Origin: a virus | IMG/VR virus record: IMGVR_UViG_3300037840_000188 | Location: 64,001-128,000 of that record | DNA: 64,000 nt | Direction: 5' to 3' (one strand) | Shown: piece by piece, positions 18,098 to 27,657 of the stretch | Position numbering within the stretch: the first letter of the stretch is position 1 | Layout of the letters: the number at the start of each line of letters is the position of its first letter | The notes under the pieces: model-generated | Database searches by the model: none | What the model was told of the DNA's origin: nothing | The model's input: the letters and a program-made list of their open reading frames with translations, nothing else | Translations under genes and position numbers: made by a program

Positions 18098-19614
18098 GCC
18101 GCCACCAACTCACGAACGCCGAGCACCTGATCGAGGGTCAACAGAGGGCACGACATGATCTTTTCAACGACACCAAACCGAGAGGCGTTCATCGACTGTA
18201 CGAGGTTTGGCAGCGCATAGTAGTCGGTCCCATTCGTCAGATCATATTCCGTGAACTGCAACCCAGCCGCTGCCATTGCGGCTCCAAACAGACGCGGACT
18301 TCCATTGCCCATCGCGTACCGAGCATCAACAAATGTCCGGTACAGGTAAACCGGAACCTGCTTGTCCGTCTGGCGCTTGAAATGTTGATACGCCGTCGCG
18401 AACATCGGGTGACTGTTCTCGCCTCCATCGCCCACGATTGCGATCCCATCGATATTAAGCTTCTTGTCGAGCGCCCAAGCGAGGCCAACGCCATACGAAG
18501 TACCACCGCTGGCGAAGATGAACTTCGTCTGCCCTTTGATCTCGTCAAGCGTCTTGCCGGTTACCTCGATAGGAGTCACGTCCGTATTGCAGAAAACAAG
18601 CCATACGCGGCCCGTCACAAACTTCGCAATAGCAGCACCGATGTGCGCTCCGAGTTCAATAGCCTGCTCCTGCGACTGGCTGCGATCCACGATCACAAGC
18701 CAATCACCCTCAATCCCCCGCCCCGCATCCTTCTGAGCCTGAATCTGACGCTCCTGGAGTTCGCGAAGCATGGTCTTCAATCCCTTGTCCTCGACTTCAT
18801 CAGCCGCGACCGAGGTCTTGAGCGTTGCCTTATTGCTCTTCGTCGCCTTCGCAACTTTCTTTCGGAAGGTGTCCTTCAGCGCGGCATCTCGCGAGAGACC
18901 CTTCTTTTCGAGGCTCTTTGCCCGCGTCACGACCTCGGTATCGCTCATTTGGTCCATACCGGCCTGAACGACCTCTGAGGCCTGCTGCGTGGCCTTTGCG
19001 CCAGTCATGGCACCACTGACCACCAGTGGAGACAAATGCCACTTCTGGATCGTTGCAGCAACCTGTGCCGGGGTCATCTTCGAGAGATTCTTGATGTCGG
19101 CGAAGATCGTACCCTGCGCCGGATTGCCGTTGAACAGCACATCCGCAGCGAAAGCTGGAATCTTCGCATGAGTCAGCGCGTACAGCGACTTCAAACTGCG
19201 CCGGTGGCGAGCCGCGAGGCGGTTCCATTTGCCCGGCTCGGCAGCCTTGGCGTCGAGATAAGAATGGATCATCCGTTTGATCGCCGTATCGCGACGGCGG
19301 GCCAAATTAAGTGTGGCCGAGAAGCGGAGCGCGCGAAGAATTTCGCGCGGCGACTGCATCGCCAGATGCGCCAGCGAGTTCTCGACAAGCTCATCGGGAA
19401 ACTCACGCGTGGCCAGCGTGATCACTGGGAGAGCGATCTTTGTATCCTTTATTTGCCCGTTCGTGAAGTCAAAAGCGATTAAATGGGCGAGAAATTCCGG
19501 GTCCTGACGGCAGGCTGCGCCGATCACGTTCTGATAGGCGGCGAGGTCTCCGTGAAGGGAAAGATTTAACTTCCCTACGATTTCGTTGCGCGTGATTCCG
19601 AGTTCTTGTGACAT
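18094..19614 (-). CDS. Ro60-like TROVE + vWA domain RNA-binding protein
   Basis: 506 aa; helical N-terminal region with DPEFLAHL; C-terminal vWA MIDAS DRSQS, GGT, IVGDGGEN; Y-like RNAs immediately upstream. Confidence 0.75.
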   Translation of the reverse strand: MSQELGITRNEIVGKLNLSLHGDLAAYQNVIGAACRQDPEFLAHLIAFDFTNGQIKDTKIALPVITLATREFPDELVENSLAHLAMQSPREILRALRFSATLNLARRRDTAIKRMIHSYLDAKAAEPGKWNRLAARHRRSLKSLYALTHAKIPAFAADVLFNGNPAQGTIFADIKNLSKMTPAQVAATIQKWHLSPLVVSGAMTGAKATQQASEVVQAGMDQMSDTEVVTRAKSLEKKGLSRDAALKDTFRKKVAKATKSNKATLKTSVAADEVEDKGLKTMLRELQERQIQAQKDAGRGIEGDWLVIVDRSQSQEQAIELGAHIGAAIAKFVTGRVWLVFCNTDVTPIEVTGKTLDEIKGQTKFIFASGGTSYGVGLAWALDKKLNIDGIAIVGDGGENSHPMFATAYQHFKRQTDKQVPVYLYRTFVDARYAMGNGSPRLFGAAMAAAGLQFTEYDLTNGTDYYALPNLVQSMNASRFGVVEKIMSCPLLTLDQVLGVRELVAA

Positions 19615-19622
19615 AAAAATAA

Positions 19623-19793
19623 AGGGCGGCGTGTCGATGGACTGTTGCTTTTAGGCAATCACCAAATGATTGTGCCCCGCCGTGGAGCCTCTCCCCCGTA
19701 AGCGCTTTTCAGCAGTTTTATGGGTGGGGGAGGTCGGAATCGAACCGACTGTCTTCTTGCGAAGATGCGTGTAAGTCCGTCAGTTTCCGCCCT
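19623..19793 (-). ncRNA. Y RNA-like C (YrlA-type, T-arm first)
   Basis: Terminal stem ACTGACGGACTTACACG...GTCCATCGACACG; T-arm GTCGGTTCGATTCCGAC. Confidence 0.7.
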
Positions 19794-19828
19794 AACTTAG
19801 TGCCTCAATAAAACGGAGGCGAAATCAA

Positions 19829-19995
19829 AGGAAGCCATGTCGATGCGCTTTGCTGTTATTGGCAAGTCATGCGCTCTACCGCTGAGCTAATCGCTCACTG
19901 GTGAAATCGTTTCCGACTAGTCGACCAGTGAACGATTCTGGATTTGAACCAGAGACCTCATGAATTAAACGTGTATGCGCGTCAGTTTGCTTCCT
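19829..19995 (-). ncRNA. Y RNA-like B (YrlA-type circularly permuted tRNA module)
   Basis: Same terminal stem; T-arm TCTGGTTCAAATCCAGA, closed acceptor-like stem, then D-arm TAGCTCAGCGGTAGAGC. Confidence 0.8.
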
Positions 19996-20033
19996 GTCTC
20001 GATGAAAGCCGCGTCGTCAGACTCTCGAACTTA

Positions 20034-20157
20034 TTCCCGGCATGTCGATGCGCGTTGATCCCTTACGGGAACGGTTGGAGTTGAACCAACTACCTAAAGC
20101 GTTGAAGGCTTTTGCTCTACCAAATGAGCTACGTGTAAGCGCGTCAGTGTCCGGGAA
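20034..20157 (-). ncRNA. Y RNA-like A (non-permuted D-anticodon-T module)
   Basis: Same terminal stem; GTAGCTCATTTGGTAGAGC, AAAGC-CTTCAAC-GCTTT, GTTGGTTCAACTCCAAC. Confidence 0.7.
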
Positions 20158-20185
20158 AACCTTTCGAACTTGCGTCCGAAACATC

Positions 20186-20216
20186 AGACTACCACATTAC
20201 CCATGTTACCTGTCAA
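20186..20216 (-). promoter_or_regulatory. putative sigma70 promoter of Y RNA/TROVE operon
   Basis: TTGACA-19-TAGTCT with TG extension. Confidence 0.45.
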
Positions 20217-20236
20217 GTGATTTCTGAAAATAAATC

Positions 20237-20725
20237 TCAGACCTTAACAGTCAGCACCGGATCTGAATAAGCCTGATCCAGAATCTTCGTCTCCTGAATG
20301 GGCGACCCGACATTCGTCAGCAGCTCCCGCTCCGCCGTAGCCGACCCCTTATCGAAGTGCGACGCCTCATGTACGAGCCCGGTCTTACGCTCGAAGTCGT
20401 TCCGCTTCTGATGGGTGTCAAGCTCGACGCGCTCATATCCCTGCCGCCGGTAGACTTCAGGCATCTGAAGATCGGCACGTGCGGGAATGCGGCGCTCGCC
20501 GGTGCGGGGGTTCATATACACCACGGCGCGTTCGGATGGGTGGATCGAGGAGATGCGGCTTCCACCGTGGGGGGCCGTATGTCCGTGCTTCCCGGATTCA
20601 TCCTGGCAATATGGCCAGGACCCTACCGGGCGCGGTCGGCCACATGAAGGACACAGATCAACAACACCAGCAGGAGCAGGGGGAGATTCTCGCGATTGAG
20701 CAGAAATTTCATTGACGGAAGTCAT
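20237..20725 (-). CDS. hypothetical phage protein (Zn-ribbon N-terminus)
   Basis: CPSCG...WPYC; downstream of TerL. Confidence 0.6.
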   Translation of the reverse strand: MTSVNEISAQSRESPPAPAGVVDLCPSCGRPRPVGSWPYCQDESGKHGHTAPHGGSRISSIHPSERAVVYMNPRTGERRIPARADLQMPEVYRRQGYERVELDTHQKRNDFERKTGLVHEASHFDKGSATAERELLTNVGSPIQETKILDQAYSDPVLTVKV

Positions 20726-21069
20726 TAGATTAGCACGCACACTTCCCAAACCTCTCCGCACACCGACACAGATTGCACCTGCAATCCCGAGATCGCGCTA
20801 TCCACGGCGACATCAGGATGGCGCTGAAGAGCAACGCAAGACCGAGGAGAGCAAGTAACGTGGGGCGAGTCAGGGTCATGTCCGCGAAGGCGTAAGCCGC
20901 CCGGTGACCACGGCAAATGCCGCTAGATCGTCCTCGTCTTTGATCGAGACGTTCACGCCGCCGAGGTCCACATCCATGTAATCTTTCTTCGTTACTGGAT
21001 CGATCTGCGGGGAGACCCGTACGACTTGATCGAGATTCAGGAGTTGGCCGGTTTTTAGCTTAAAGAGGG

Positions 21070-21375
21070 TCAATACGTCGCTCCGTACAGCGCAGGCCGG
21101 ATCACAGTGCTCCACGTGAATTCGCTCACCGAGACGCCCTGCGAGCGGTTCTTTAGTCGCTTCAGTACGTCTGGCGGGATGATAATTCTCGCAACACCTT
21201 CGCCATTCGGCATTTCCTCGATAGAGCATTCAGGGCAGACTGGCTTCGGCTTCGCCTGGCGTGGGGCTGGTGCGCCCTCGGGGGCTTCTTCGACTCGCTC
21301 CGCTTGCGGGAGCGGTATTGCGGATTGCTTGACTGGGGGGCGGAGGACTGTTGGCTTTTCGGCTGCTGTACTCAT
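21070..21375 (-). CDS. hypothetical protein
   Basis: ORF track, coupled. Confidence 0.55.
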   Translation of the reverse strand: MSTAAEKPTVLRPPVKQSAIPLPQAERVEEAPEGAPAPRQAKPKPVCPECSIEEMPNGEGVARIIIPPDVLKRLKNRSQGVSVSEFTWSTVIRPALYGATY

Positions 21376-21641
21376 TATTTCTGATCTCCGATATTTTCTA
21401 TTCTGACACATCTTCCAGCGTATTCTTCATCGGTCTCGTTAATCCGGCGCGACGGGAGCGCGTACATGGTTCCGTCCGGCATCCATGGCGCTGAGCGGAT
21501 GTCCGGCATCACGAACTGGATATCGTCTGGTGTTGCTGGGATCGTCTTGATGTTGGCCACTTTTCGGTAGACCTCGTCTGCGGCCCGAAAGGCGGCTATG
21601 TGGAGTGGGTTGAAGGGGTCGAATTTAAAAGTATCGCTCAT
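21375..21641 (-). CDS. hypothetical protein
   Basis: ORF track. Confidence 0.55.
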   Translation of the reverse strand: MSDTFKFDPFNPLHIAAFRAADEVYRKVANIKTIPATPDDIQFVMPDIRSAPWMPDGTMYALPSRRINETDEEYAGRCVRIENIGDQK

Positions 21642-21644
21642 GAT

Positions 21645-22562
21645 TTAATCGTCAGACCAGTCGTCCACCGCCGCTGCCCAAGCCTCGCGATACGACTTTT
21701 GCTCGCCGCTCATCGTTGGAGCTAGGTGCTGCCAGTCTACATCGAGTCGCTCTGTGACAGGCTCGTCAGTTCGCTCTGGATTATCTGTCCAGCGATGACC
21801 AGCCCAGAATGCCAGGTTACAGGCCCGGAGGCGATCATCGTGGATTCCATAAGCACCACGAGCAGTCATTCTTTGCATGTCAACAACGGCATTAGCGTAC
21901 TCATCTACAGCCCACGGCGACATTAATTTCACCCTGCGAGACATCAGGTGCATGCGTGCCCTGGTCCACAGAATTCTCGTGCTCCTTGGCGTCGCCTGCC
22001 AGCCTATAACGTTCGTGTCTTCCGCGACGGTGTTGGCAAACTGCTGCCACATCCACATATTCCCGTACCCAAGTCGGATTAATTCCTGCGTCATTAGGGG
22101 ACCGGGGCCGGGGTATGACTCGTATATAAACTCGCACTGATCCCCTTCTTCTCCCGCGTACATGCGCCCCATGACATTGGCTACTTTTGCCAGCTCTGCA
22201 GCATCAACAGGAGCCGCGAACTCGGCCACCTGAAGATCCCGCATGACAAACGCTTGTGTGCCCGTAGCCTTGTCGATGACCGGCTTATTATTCTTGAATA
22301 GCGGCATCTTTATGGCATTCGGTCGGAAAATTTCGATCACGCCGTTATCGGTCTTATAGTCATCTTCGCGACGAGACCCTCGGCTCCAGTTCGTAATCCC
22401 CTCGGACGGGTCCGCCGCCATTATGTATTTGGCCCAATGTTTTGGCTCTTCCCAGACGAGCAGTAATCCCCTGGGGTCACCATTGACAGACTCGTCGGCT
22501 TCGCCAGTTCGCAAGAAGGAACTTCCAGATACGTGGAAGGCGGATTGGAATTCGTCGTTCAC
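21645..22562 (-). CDS. terL: terminase large subunit, nuclease half
   Basis: VWEEP...YIMAADPSEG, QVAEF, HDDRLRA RNase H-like motifs; in frame with ATPase half across one TAG. Confidence 0.85.
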   Translation of the reverse strand: MNDEFQSAFHVSGSSFLRTGEADESVNGDPRGLLLVWEEPKHWAKYIMAADPSEGITNWSRGSRREDDYKTDNGVIEIFRPNAIKMPLFKNNKPVIDKATGTQAFVMRDLQVAEFAAPVDAAELAKVANVMGRMYAGEEGDQCEFIYESYPGPGPLMTQELIRLGYGNMWMWQQFANTVAEDTNVIGWQATPRSTRILWTRARMHLMSRRVKLMSPWAVDEYANAVVDMQRMTARGAYGIHDDRLRACNLAFWAGHRWTDNPERTDEPVTERLDVDWQHLAPTMSGEQKSYREAWAAAVDDWSDD

Positions 22563-22568
22563 AATATC

Positions 22569-23825
22569 CTAGTTTACCGACAACTCATACTCATAACAGG
22601 CCCCTGGATTCATGCACTCGTTAGTTAGCTGCTCGATAAGCTCTGGCGACAAGGCCCCTTTATGTGGCGATTGAAAGGTCTCTCCGGGATCAGCCCCAAA
22701 ATTGGTCAGAAACTCTGGCAACTCTCCGTTACTTACATGCTCTGCCCGCGTGGACTCCCACCAATAAAGCTGCTCGCGAGTCGGTCGATATGTAATGCCA
22801 TCATTGAACTCCGGCGAAGTGCGCTCGATCTTCTCGGCGTGCTTACGTGTATGCTCTTCCGGAACCCAATCATCTGGCGCAATGGCTCGATATTTGGTTT
22901 TGTTATACCACCACGGAACGAAGCAATAAATCCAGTCCTCGTAACCTCGACGGTGCCACCTCGCTCCCTCCGAAGACTCATGCCAATAATTCCCCTTACC
23001 GTCAGACGTAGATTCCTGCACGTGGAGGGTCGTGATGGCTTTTGGAATCGAAGGAACGAAGCTGAACCTTATTTTTCCAGGCTGCTTGAATAACGCGACC
23101 TCAGTGAGGTGCGAAATATCGTTCTGCGTACCCGTGCCAAAGCCAGTTTCCGAATTCTCCGCCTGATAGCTGATACGACTTGATATCGGATCTTCAAATC
23201 CCAGTTCCGCATTCTGTTTGTCAGGATAAATGTTAGGCTTTAACCACCAGGCGAGCTTATCGAGAAAGAGATGATCACGAGCAAAAACTTCCGAAATGCG
23301 CTGATCGTCGAGAGTCGCGAACAGGCCGCGCACTGGATACCAGAAAAGCATCCGATGCCACATCATGCCGCGCACTGTCGCTGTTGCGGCGACCTGGCGA
23401 ACCTTGTGGATGTACGCCTTAATGCCTGTCGTGAACTTATACTTGCGCTGCTCTTCGTGGCACTCTACCTCGCGCTTGCCAAAAAGTTTGATATATCGAT
23501 GCTGAGATTCAAGCAGCATTGGCGGTCCGATACCGCTGCCACGCCCGACGCCGGGGTCGATTTCCAGATTGAAATATCTCGAAAAAAAATACTCGAAGTC
23601 TACCTTGCATAACAGGCGCTCACTATCCAGAAATTCTTCTTCCTCGCGGTTTAGTGGCCTGATTAATTGCCCCTGCGGTAGGAGCTTTCTTGTTTTCGGA
23701 TCGCGAATCAGCGTCTCTAGGTGCGTAGAAAATTCAATCGAACGGTCGCGGCTCTGGCGCTGGAATTTGAGACCAGCCTTTTTGGCCTTGTGTAAACGCT
23801 GGGCGATTATTTCCTGACTGTACGT
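22569..23825 (-). CDS. terL: terminase large subunit, ATPase half (probable ACG start at 23825)
   Basis: HKVRQVAAT Walker A-like, HLTEVA Walker B, ESTSDG coupling motif, FVPWW; frame open 102 codons upstream of first ATG with RBS GGAGA. Confidence 0.8.
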   Translation of the reverse strand, partial: TYSQEIIAQRLHKAKKAGLKFQRQSRDRSIEFSTHLETLIRDPKTRKLLPQGQLIRPLNREEEEFLDSERLLCKVDFEYFFSRYFNLEIDPGVGRGSGIGPPMLLESQHRYIKLFGKREVECHEEQRKYKFTTGIKAYIHKVRQVAATATVRGMMWHRMLFWYPVRGLFATLDDQRISEVFARDHLFLDKLAWWLKPNIYPDKQNAELGFEDPISSRISYQAENSETGFGTGTQNDISHLTEVALFKQPGKIRFSFVPSIPKAITTLHVQESTSDGKGNYWHESSEGARWHRRGYEDWIYCFVPWWYNKTKYRAIAPDDWVPEEHTRKHAEKIERTSPEFNDGITYRPTREQLYWWESTRAEHVSNGELPEFLTNFGADPGETFQSPHKGALSPELIEQLTNECMNPGACYEYELSVN

Positions 23826-24016
23826 AGCCGATTCTCCTGTGCCATCCCGACGCGCTCTGTATAACCCTGCCTGCTCTGCGCCTCGGTAGCCTTACGATAC
23901 TCCGCAGCATCCCGAGCCGTCCACTGCCTGTTACCGATGGCGCGCAGGGCGACTACGTTGTCAGTGGGACCGTCGCCGAAGAGGCGGAATTTTTTGGAGA
24001 GGATGGGTTCTGTCAT
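23807..24016 (-). CDS. hypothetical protein
   Basis: ORF track; overlaps TerL start. Confidence 0.5.
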   Translation of the reverse strand: MTEPILSKKFRLFGDGPTDNVVALRAIGNRQWTARDAAEYRKATEAQSRQGYTERVGMAQENRLRTVRK

Positions 24017-24095
24017 ACCGTGTTAAGCTAAGGGCTGACCGCCCAGTGCGTCAAACACTGAACGGCCAGCAAACGACCACGGGAGGGTCGCCGCA

Positions 24096-24710
24096 TTGCC
24101 CAACTTAAAGCCTACCGCACTTGAACGCCTGATGGCGAAAGTAATCGTACTGCCGAATGGATGCTGGCAGTGGACGGGCTCGCTGGATGATTGTGGATAT
24201 GGATTCTTTCGAATGGATCGAGGGGTAATGTGGCGAGCGCATCGTGCGTCGTATGTCCTGCGAAATGGACCAATCCTAAAAGGAGCGGAATTGGATCACT
24301 CGTGCCATGATCCTAAATTATGCAAGCTGGGGAATAAATGCCCTCATCGAGCGTGCGTAAATCCTGAACATATGGTCGTTTCAACTCACGCTAATAATTG
24401 TTCTCGCGAGCGAGCTAATAATGGCATGGAGGCAGCCCATGCCGCACAGAGAGCAAGGACACACTGCAAGCATGGTCACGAATTTACTCCGGAAAATACG
24501 TATAAAACAAAGAGCGGAAGAAGTTGCAGGCTATGTACATTGCTGAGTATGAGGGTAAAGCCACAGTTGAAATTAGAATGCATCCGTGGCCATATACTCA
24601 CCCCAGATAATCGATGCGGGAAAAGATCTAACTCATGCAAAATGTGCAGAAAGGAGCAGCTACACGCTAACTACATAGCGAGAAAAAATAAACATCAAGA
24701 CCTGATCTGA
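24096..24710 (+). CDS. HNH endonuclease with C-terminal Cys/His repeats
   Basis: CWQWTG...GYG...AHRASY...DHSC...CVNPEH; THCKHGHEFTPENT. Confidence 0.9.
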   Translation: MPNLKPTALERLMAKVIVLPNGCWQWTGSLDDCGYGFFRMDRGVMWRAHRASYVLRNGPILKGAELDHSCHDPKLCKLGNKCPHRACVNPEHMVVSTHANNCSRERANNGMEAAHAAQRARTHCKHGHEFTPENTYKTKSGRSCRLCTLLSMRVKPQLKLECIRGHILTPDNRCGKRSNSCKMCRKEQLHANYIARKNKHQDLI

Positions 24711-24955
24711 TCATCAAATTCATCGTCATTGACATCTGGTTTATCGAAAGCAAGAAAGCGTCGCCATGCAGGCTTTTCATCAGAGCCATCAAATACCTCA
24801 GTATCAAATCTTGGATTCGGCTCTTCGGTTCTTCTAATGATCGGCGGCATTCGTGAGCCAAGCTCCTCCTCGTAAAGCTCTCGAATGATTCGCAACTCTC
24901 GCGCAATCTCCTTCATGGGGGAAAAAATCAACCGCAACATCCGAAGGAGTTTCAA
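24695..24955 (-). CDS. hypothetical protein
   Basis: ORF track, coupled. Confidence 0.55.
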   Translation of the reverse strand: MKLLRMLRLIFSPMKEIARELRIIRELYEEELGSRMPPIIRRTEEPNPRFDTEVFDGSDEKPAWRRFLAFDKPDVNDDEFDDQIRS

Positions 24956-25152
24956 GCTCGATACTCCCTCTCCGCGTGATTCGGTTCCGCCAATTCTCGC
25001 CGATCAAAGCTGTTATGAACTATCACGTCAGCCGTAGTTTCAGGATGCCGCTCGGGATGGCAGTGGCAATCCGGTATCTCGAAATGGGGCTCCACGTCTT
25101 CTGTGGGGATGATATGCATGACACCGCTTACGCTGCGTACCTTCCACGGCAT
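24952..25152 (-). CDS. small His/Cys phage protein
   Basis: HIIP.ED..PH...CHCHP...IVHNSFDRRE. Confidence 0.65.
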   Translation of the reverse strand: MPWKVRSVSGVMHIIPTEDVEPHFEIPDCHCHPERHPETTADVIVHNSFDRRELAEPNHAEREYRA

Positions 25153-25927
25153 TACTTGAAGTCCTCGAAATAAACAGGCATGTACTTATCCTGCGTAACG
25201 TTCCTCAGGACGCCACAATAAATCGGCAGATATTTATTTTCGCGGATCGGAATCAGCGTGCTGCCAAATGCAGATTTATTCTCCTTCTCGGAGGCGTCAA
25301 AGAAGTCTCGATATCGATTCGGGCTCTCGGGGTGTACATGAAGCTCGATCACGTCCAGTACGGGCGGAAGGGAATTATAGAGCGCCTCTATATCTGCGAG
25401 AGTGAGACTGCCGGTCATAGCCGCACTCCATACCACCGCGCCACATTCCTCACCGCTGACGCCCACTCGAAATAATTACACGGAGGATCGTCGTCTGTCG
25501 ATACACGCCAGAGCCAGACACCGGGCCAGCGGCTCGGGGCGGAGAAGATGCGGGGTTTGATTTTCATACAGGCAGCCTCGCCGGAGTCGCAGGATATCGA
25601 AGACCGCCATCCATGCGCTTCCAACCCTCGCCGGGTTTTCGATAGTATTTGTCGCCAGGCGACCACCGAACGTCGGGATCATTCCTCAGAGCCCACTTCG
25701 CGTTCAGATACTCAAAGACGGGCGATGAGCAGAAGATCATATCAGGGAGTCCGGCGTCACTCATGTATTGCAGCGTGATCGAATTTATTTGATCGAGGCC
25801 CCCGTTCCATGTTGGGTTAATCTGCTCATTGATAAACGTCCCGATCTCTGGCTGTTTAATTGGCAGAAATCGAGCCGCCAACGGGGCAAGCACTGGCGCG
25901 AGAAGCGCAGCGAAAAATGAGTGGCGA

Positions 25928-26734
25928 TTATTCTCCATTTTCAACCTCGGATATGTCGGCGGGACCTTTATCAGAATGTTCGGGCACCTGATTCCAGTCC
26001 CGCTCCGCTTCGATTGCTGGATCACCCCCTTCTGTGATTGTGTCGGCACTTAAATCGAAAGTGACTCCCGCCAAGCGGTTCCCAGCCGCTTCAATACCGT
26101 GGCCGCCGTAATTATTATTTATGGCGACCGTCACACCAGCCGACTTATTGGAAATGCCGTTCATAAGGAGAATCTTCTCTCGCGCATGGCTATCGCCCGG
26201 CTTACTCAGCTTACCTTTACCGCTGCATTGTGGGCAGTCCCGAACAAACCTCGCTCCCATCGGACGAATACCTCCTGGTATTGGTCCGCCATCCTCAGGT
26301 AACGGTGGCATCTCCTGCTCTGACACATTCACAAACCCCCACCCGTCACACCGGCCACACGCCTCCTTCTGTGTGAGCGCATCGTCGGCCATGTGAGAGG
26401 TGATCTCGGGGAGTCGCTGCGCCGCTATGGAAAGCGCGCGGGTCCGACTGGCACTACGGAGGAAGTCTGTAAACTCTGCGAGCGAGATATCCATTATCTT
26501 CGCGAGAGTCGAGGCCTTTTTGTTGCGGTTCTTAGGGAGGTTTAGCTGGCGCAGGTACTCGCGGAAGCGCTTATCGGTTGACGCGGCCAGCGCCTGCTGC
26601 ATCTCCGGGCTCTGGAGTTTGGCTTCTTCAAGGAAAGCCTGGTACGGGACGTCGATCTCTTCAGCGTCCCACGCCGGAACAAGGCCGCGATACTTTTCGA
26701 GCATCATGCCGGGCGGGATGGGGGGTTTAGGCAT
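25928..26734 (-). CDS. putative terminase small subunit with DnaJ-type Zn-finger insert
   Basis: Upstream of TerL, helical; CGRCDGWG/CPQCSGKG; C-terminal VTVAINNN. Confidence 0.45.
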   Translation of the reverse strand: MPKPPIPPGMMLEKYRGLVPAWDAEEIDVPYQAFLEEAKLQSPEMQQALAASTDKRFREYLRQLNLPKNRNKKASTLAKIMDISLAEFTDFLRSASRTRALSIAAQRLPEITSHMADDALTQKEACGRCDGWGFVNVSEQEMPPLPEDGGPIPGGIRPMGARFVRDCPQCSGKGKLSKPGDSHAREKILLMNGISNKSAGVTVAINNNYGGHGIEAAGNRLAGVTFDLSADTITEGGDPAIEAERDWNQVPEHSDKGPADISEVENGE

Positions 26735-26913
26735 TACGCTACCCACATAGCGACGACGCCGGTATTTATACCCACAGCAGCCGCCGAAACAATATAAGAC
26801 CAGTATTTTTTCTGATTACCCATAGCGAAGGCCATGAGAGTAAATGCAATTGAAAGCGCAATAGCGGTAACCGCCAACTTCCATATGGGAATACAGATCA
26901 CGTGACTAATCGC

Positions 26914-27093
26914 CTATTTCTTCTTCGCGGTCGAGCGGCCAGACATCTTGGCTTCGTGCTTCTGATCCATCTTGCGGCCTAGGGCAGTTTCGTTGGGACC
27001 CTTCATCCAGCCTTTAGCGTTCGCGATCTTATACGGAATTTTGCTATCAGCGCCATACTCCTGCTTCAGCTTTTTTAAAAGGAATTCCGGCAT
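26914..27093 (-). CDS. small basic protein (not in ORF track)
   Basis: MPEFLLKKLKQEYGADSKIPYKIANAKGWMKG; RBS GGAGG. Confidence 0.6.
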   Translation of the reverse strand: MPEFLLKKLKQEYGADSKIPYKIANAKGWMKGPNETALGRKMDQKHEAKMSGRSTAKKK

Positions 27094-27375
27094 TACCCCT
27101 CCACCTTCCTCAGCCCCATCGGCGTCACCTGAAAAACCTTGGGATCGTCAGGATACTTACAGTCAGGGCAGTTATAGAGGTTCTCTCCAGTCCACTTTCC
27201 ATTCTCGGCGGTGCCAAGCTGCCGAAGTTCCGTGCTGTGGATCGGACACCTGTGCCCCATGCGTCCATCTTAACGCAAAGAGGGACCACACGCGGAGGAT
27301 GGGTTGCCCCTCTTCGTTGCACCCGGAAAAGCTTCCGGCGACTGATTCCCTTACCGCTAAAGCCGCTCGCGCGAG

Positions 27376-27654
27376 TTACGGAGTGGGCAGGCCGGTACGA
27401 AGGGCGGGTGCGATATCAATCAGATCTCTTCTCGACGTAGCGCCTGTCTTGTCAAAGATGTGGCGCATGAATGTCTTAATGCTTCCTTTCGCGATCCCGA
27501 GCGTGCTCGCGATCACTCTATCAGAACAGCCACGCGCCGCCAGTGCGGCTACCTCAGATTCACGCTGAGAGAGACCCTTGGAGGTGACCCCGCGCGGCTT
27601 GTAGTCGCGGCGTGGGGTGCGCTGGAGAGAGAAGGTGGAGAGGGCGGAATTCAT
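27376..27654 (-). CDS. LuxR-type HTH protein
   Basis: LSQRESEVAALAARGCSDRVIASTLGIAKGSIKTFMRHIFDKTG. Confidence 0.85.
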   Translation of the reverse strand: MNSALSTFSLQRTPRRDYKPRGVTSKGLSQRESEVAALAARGCSDRVIASTLGIAKGSIKTFMRHIFDKTGATSRRDLIDIAPALRTGLPTP

Positions 27655-27657
27655 GGG

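Noticed and set aside
19700-20140. Three canonical tRNA genes
   Set aside because: T- and D-arm motifs are present, but no 7-bp acceptor stem with free ends or CCA; arms are permuted or embedded in a shared Y-RNA-like stem
22569-22571. Intron or intein in TerL
   Set aside because: Only 6 nt separate the halves; no intervening element
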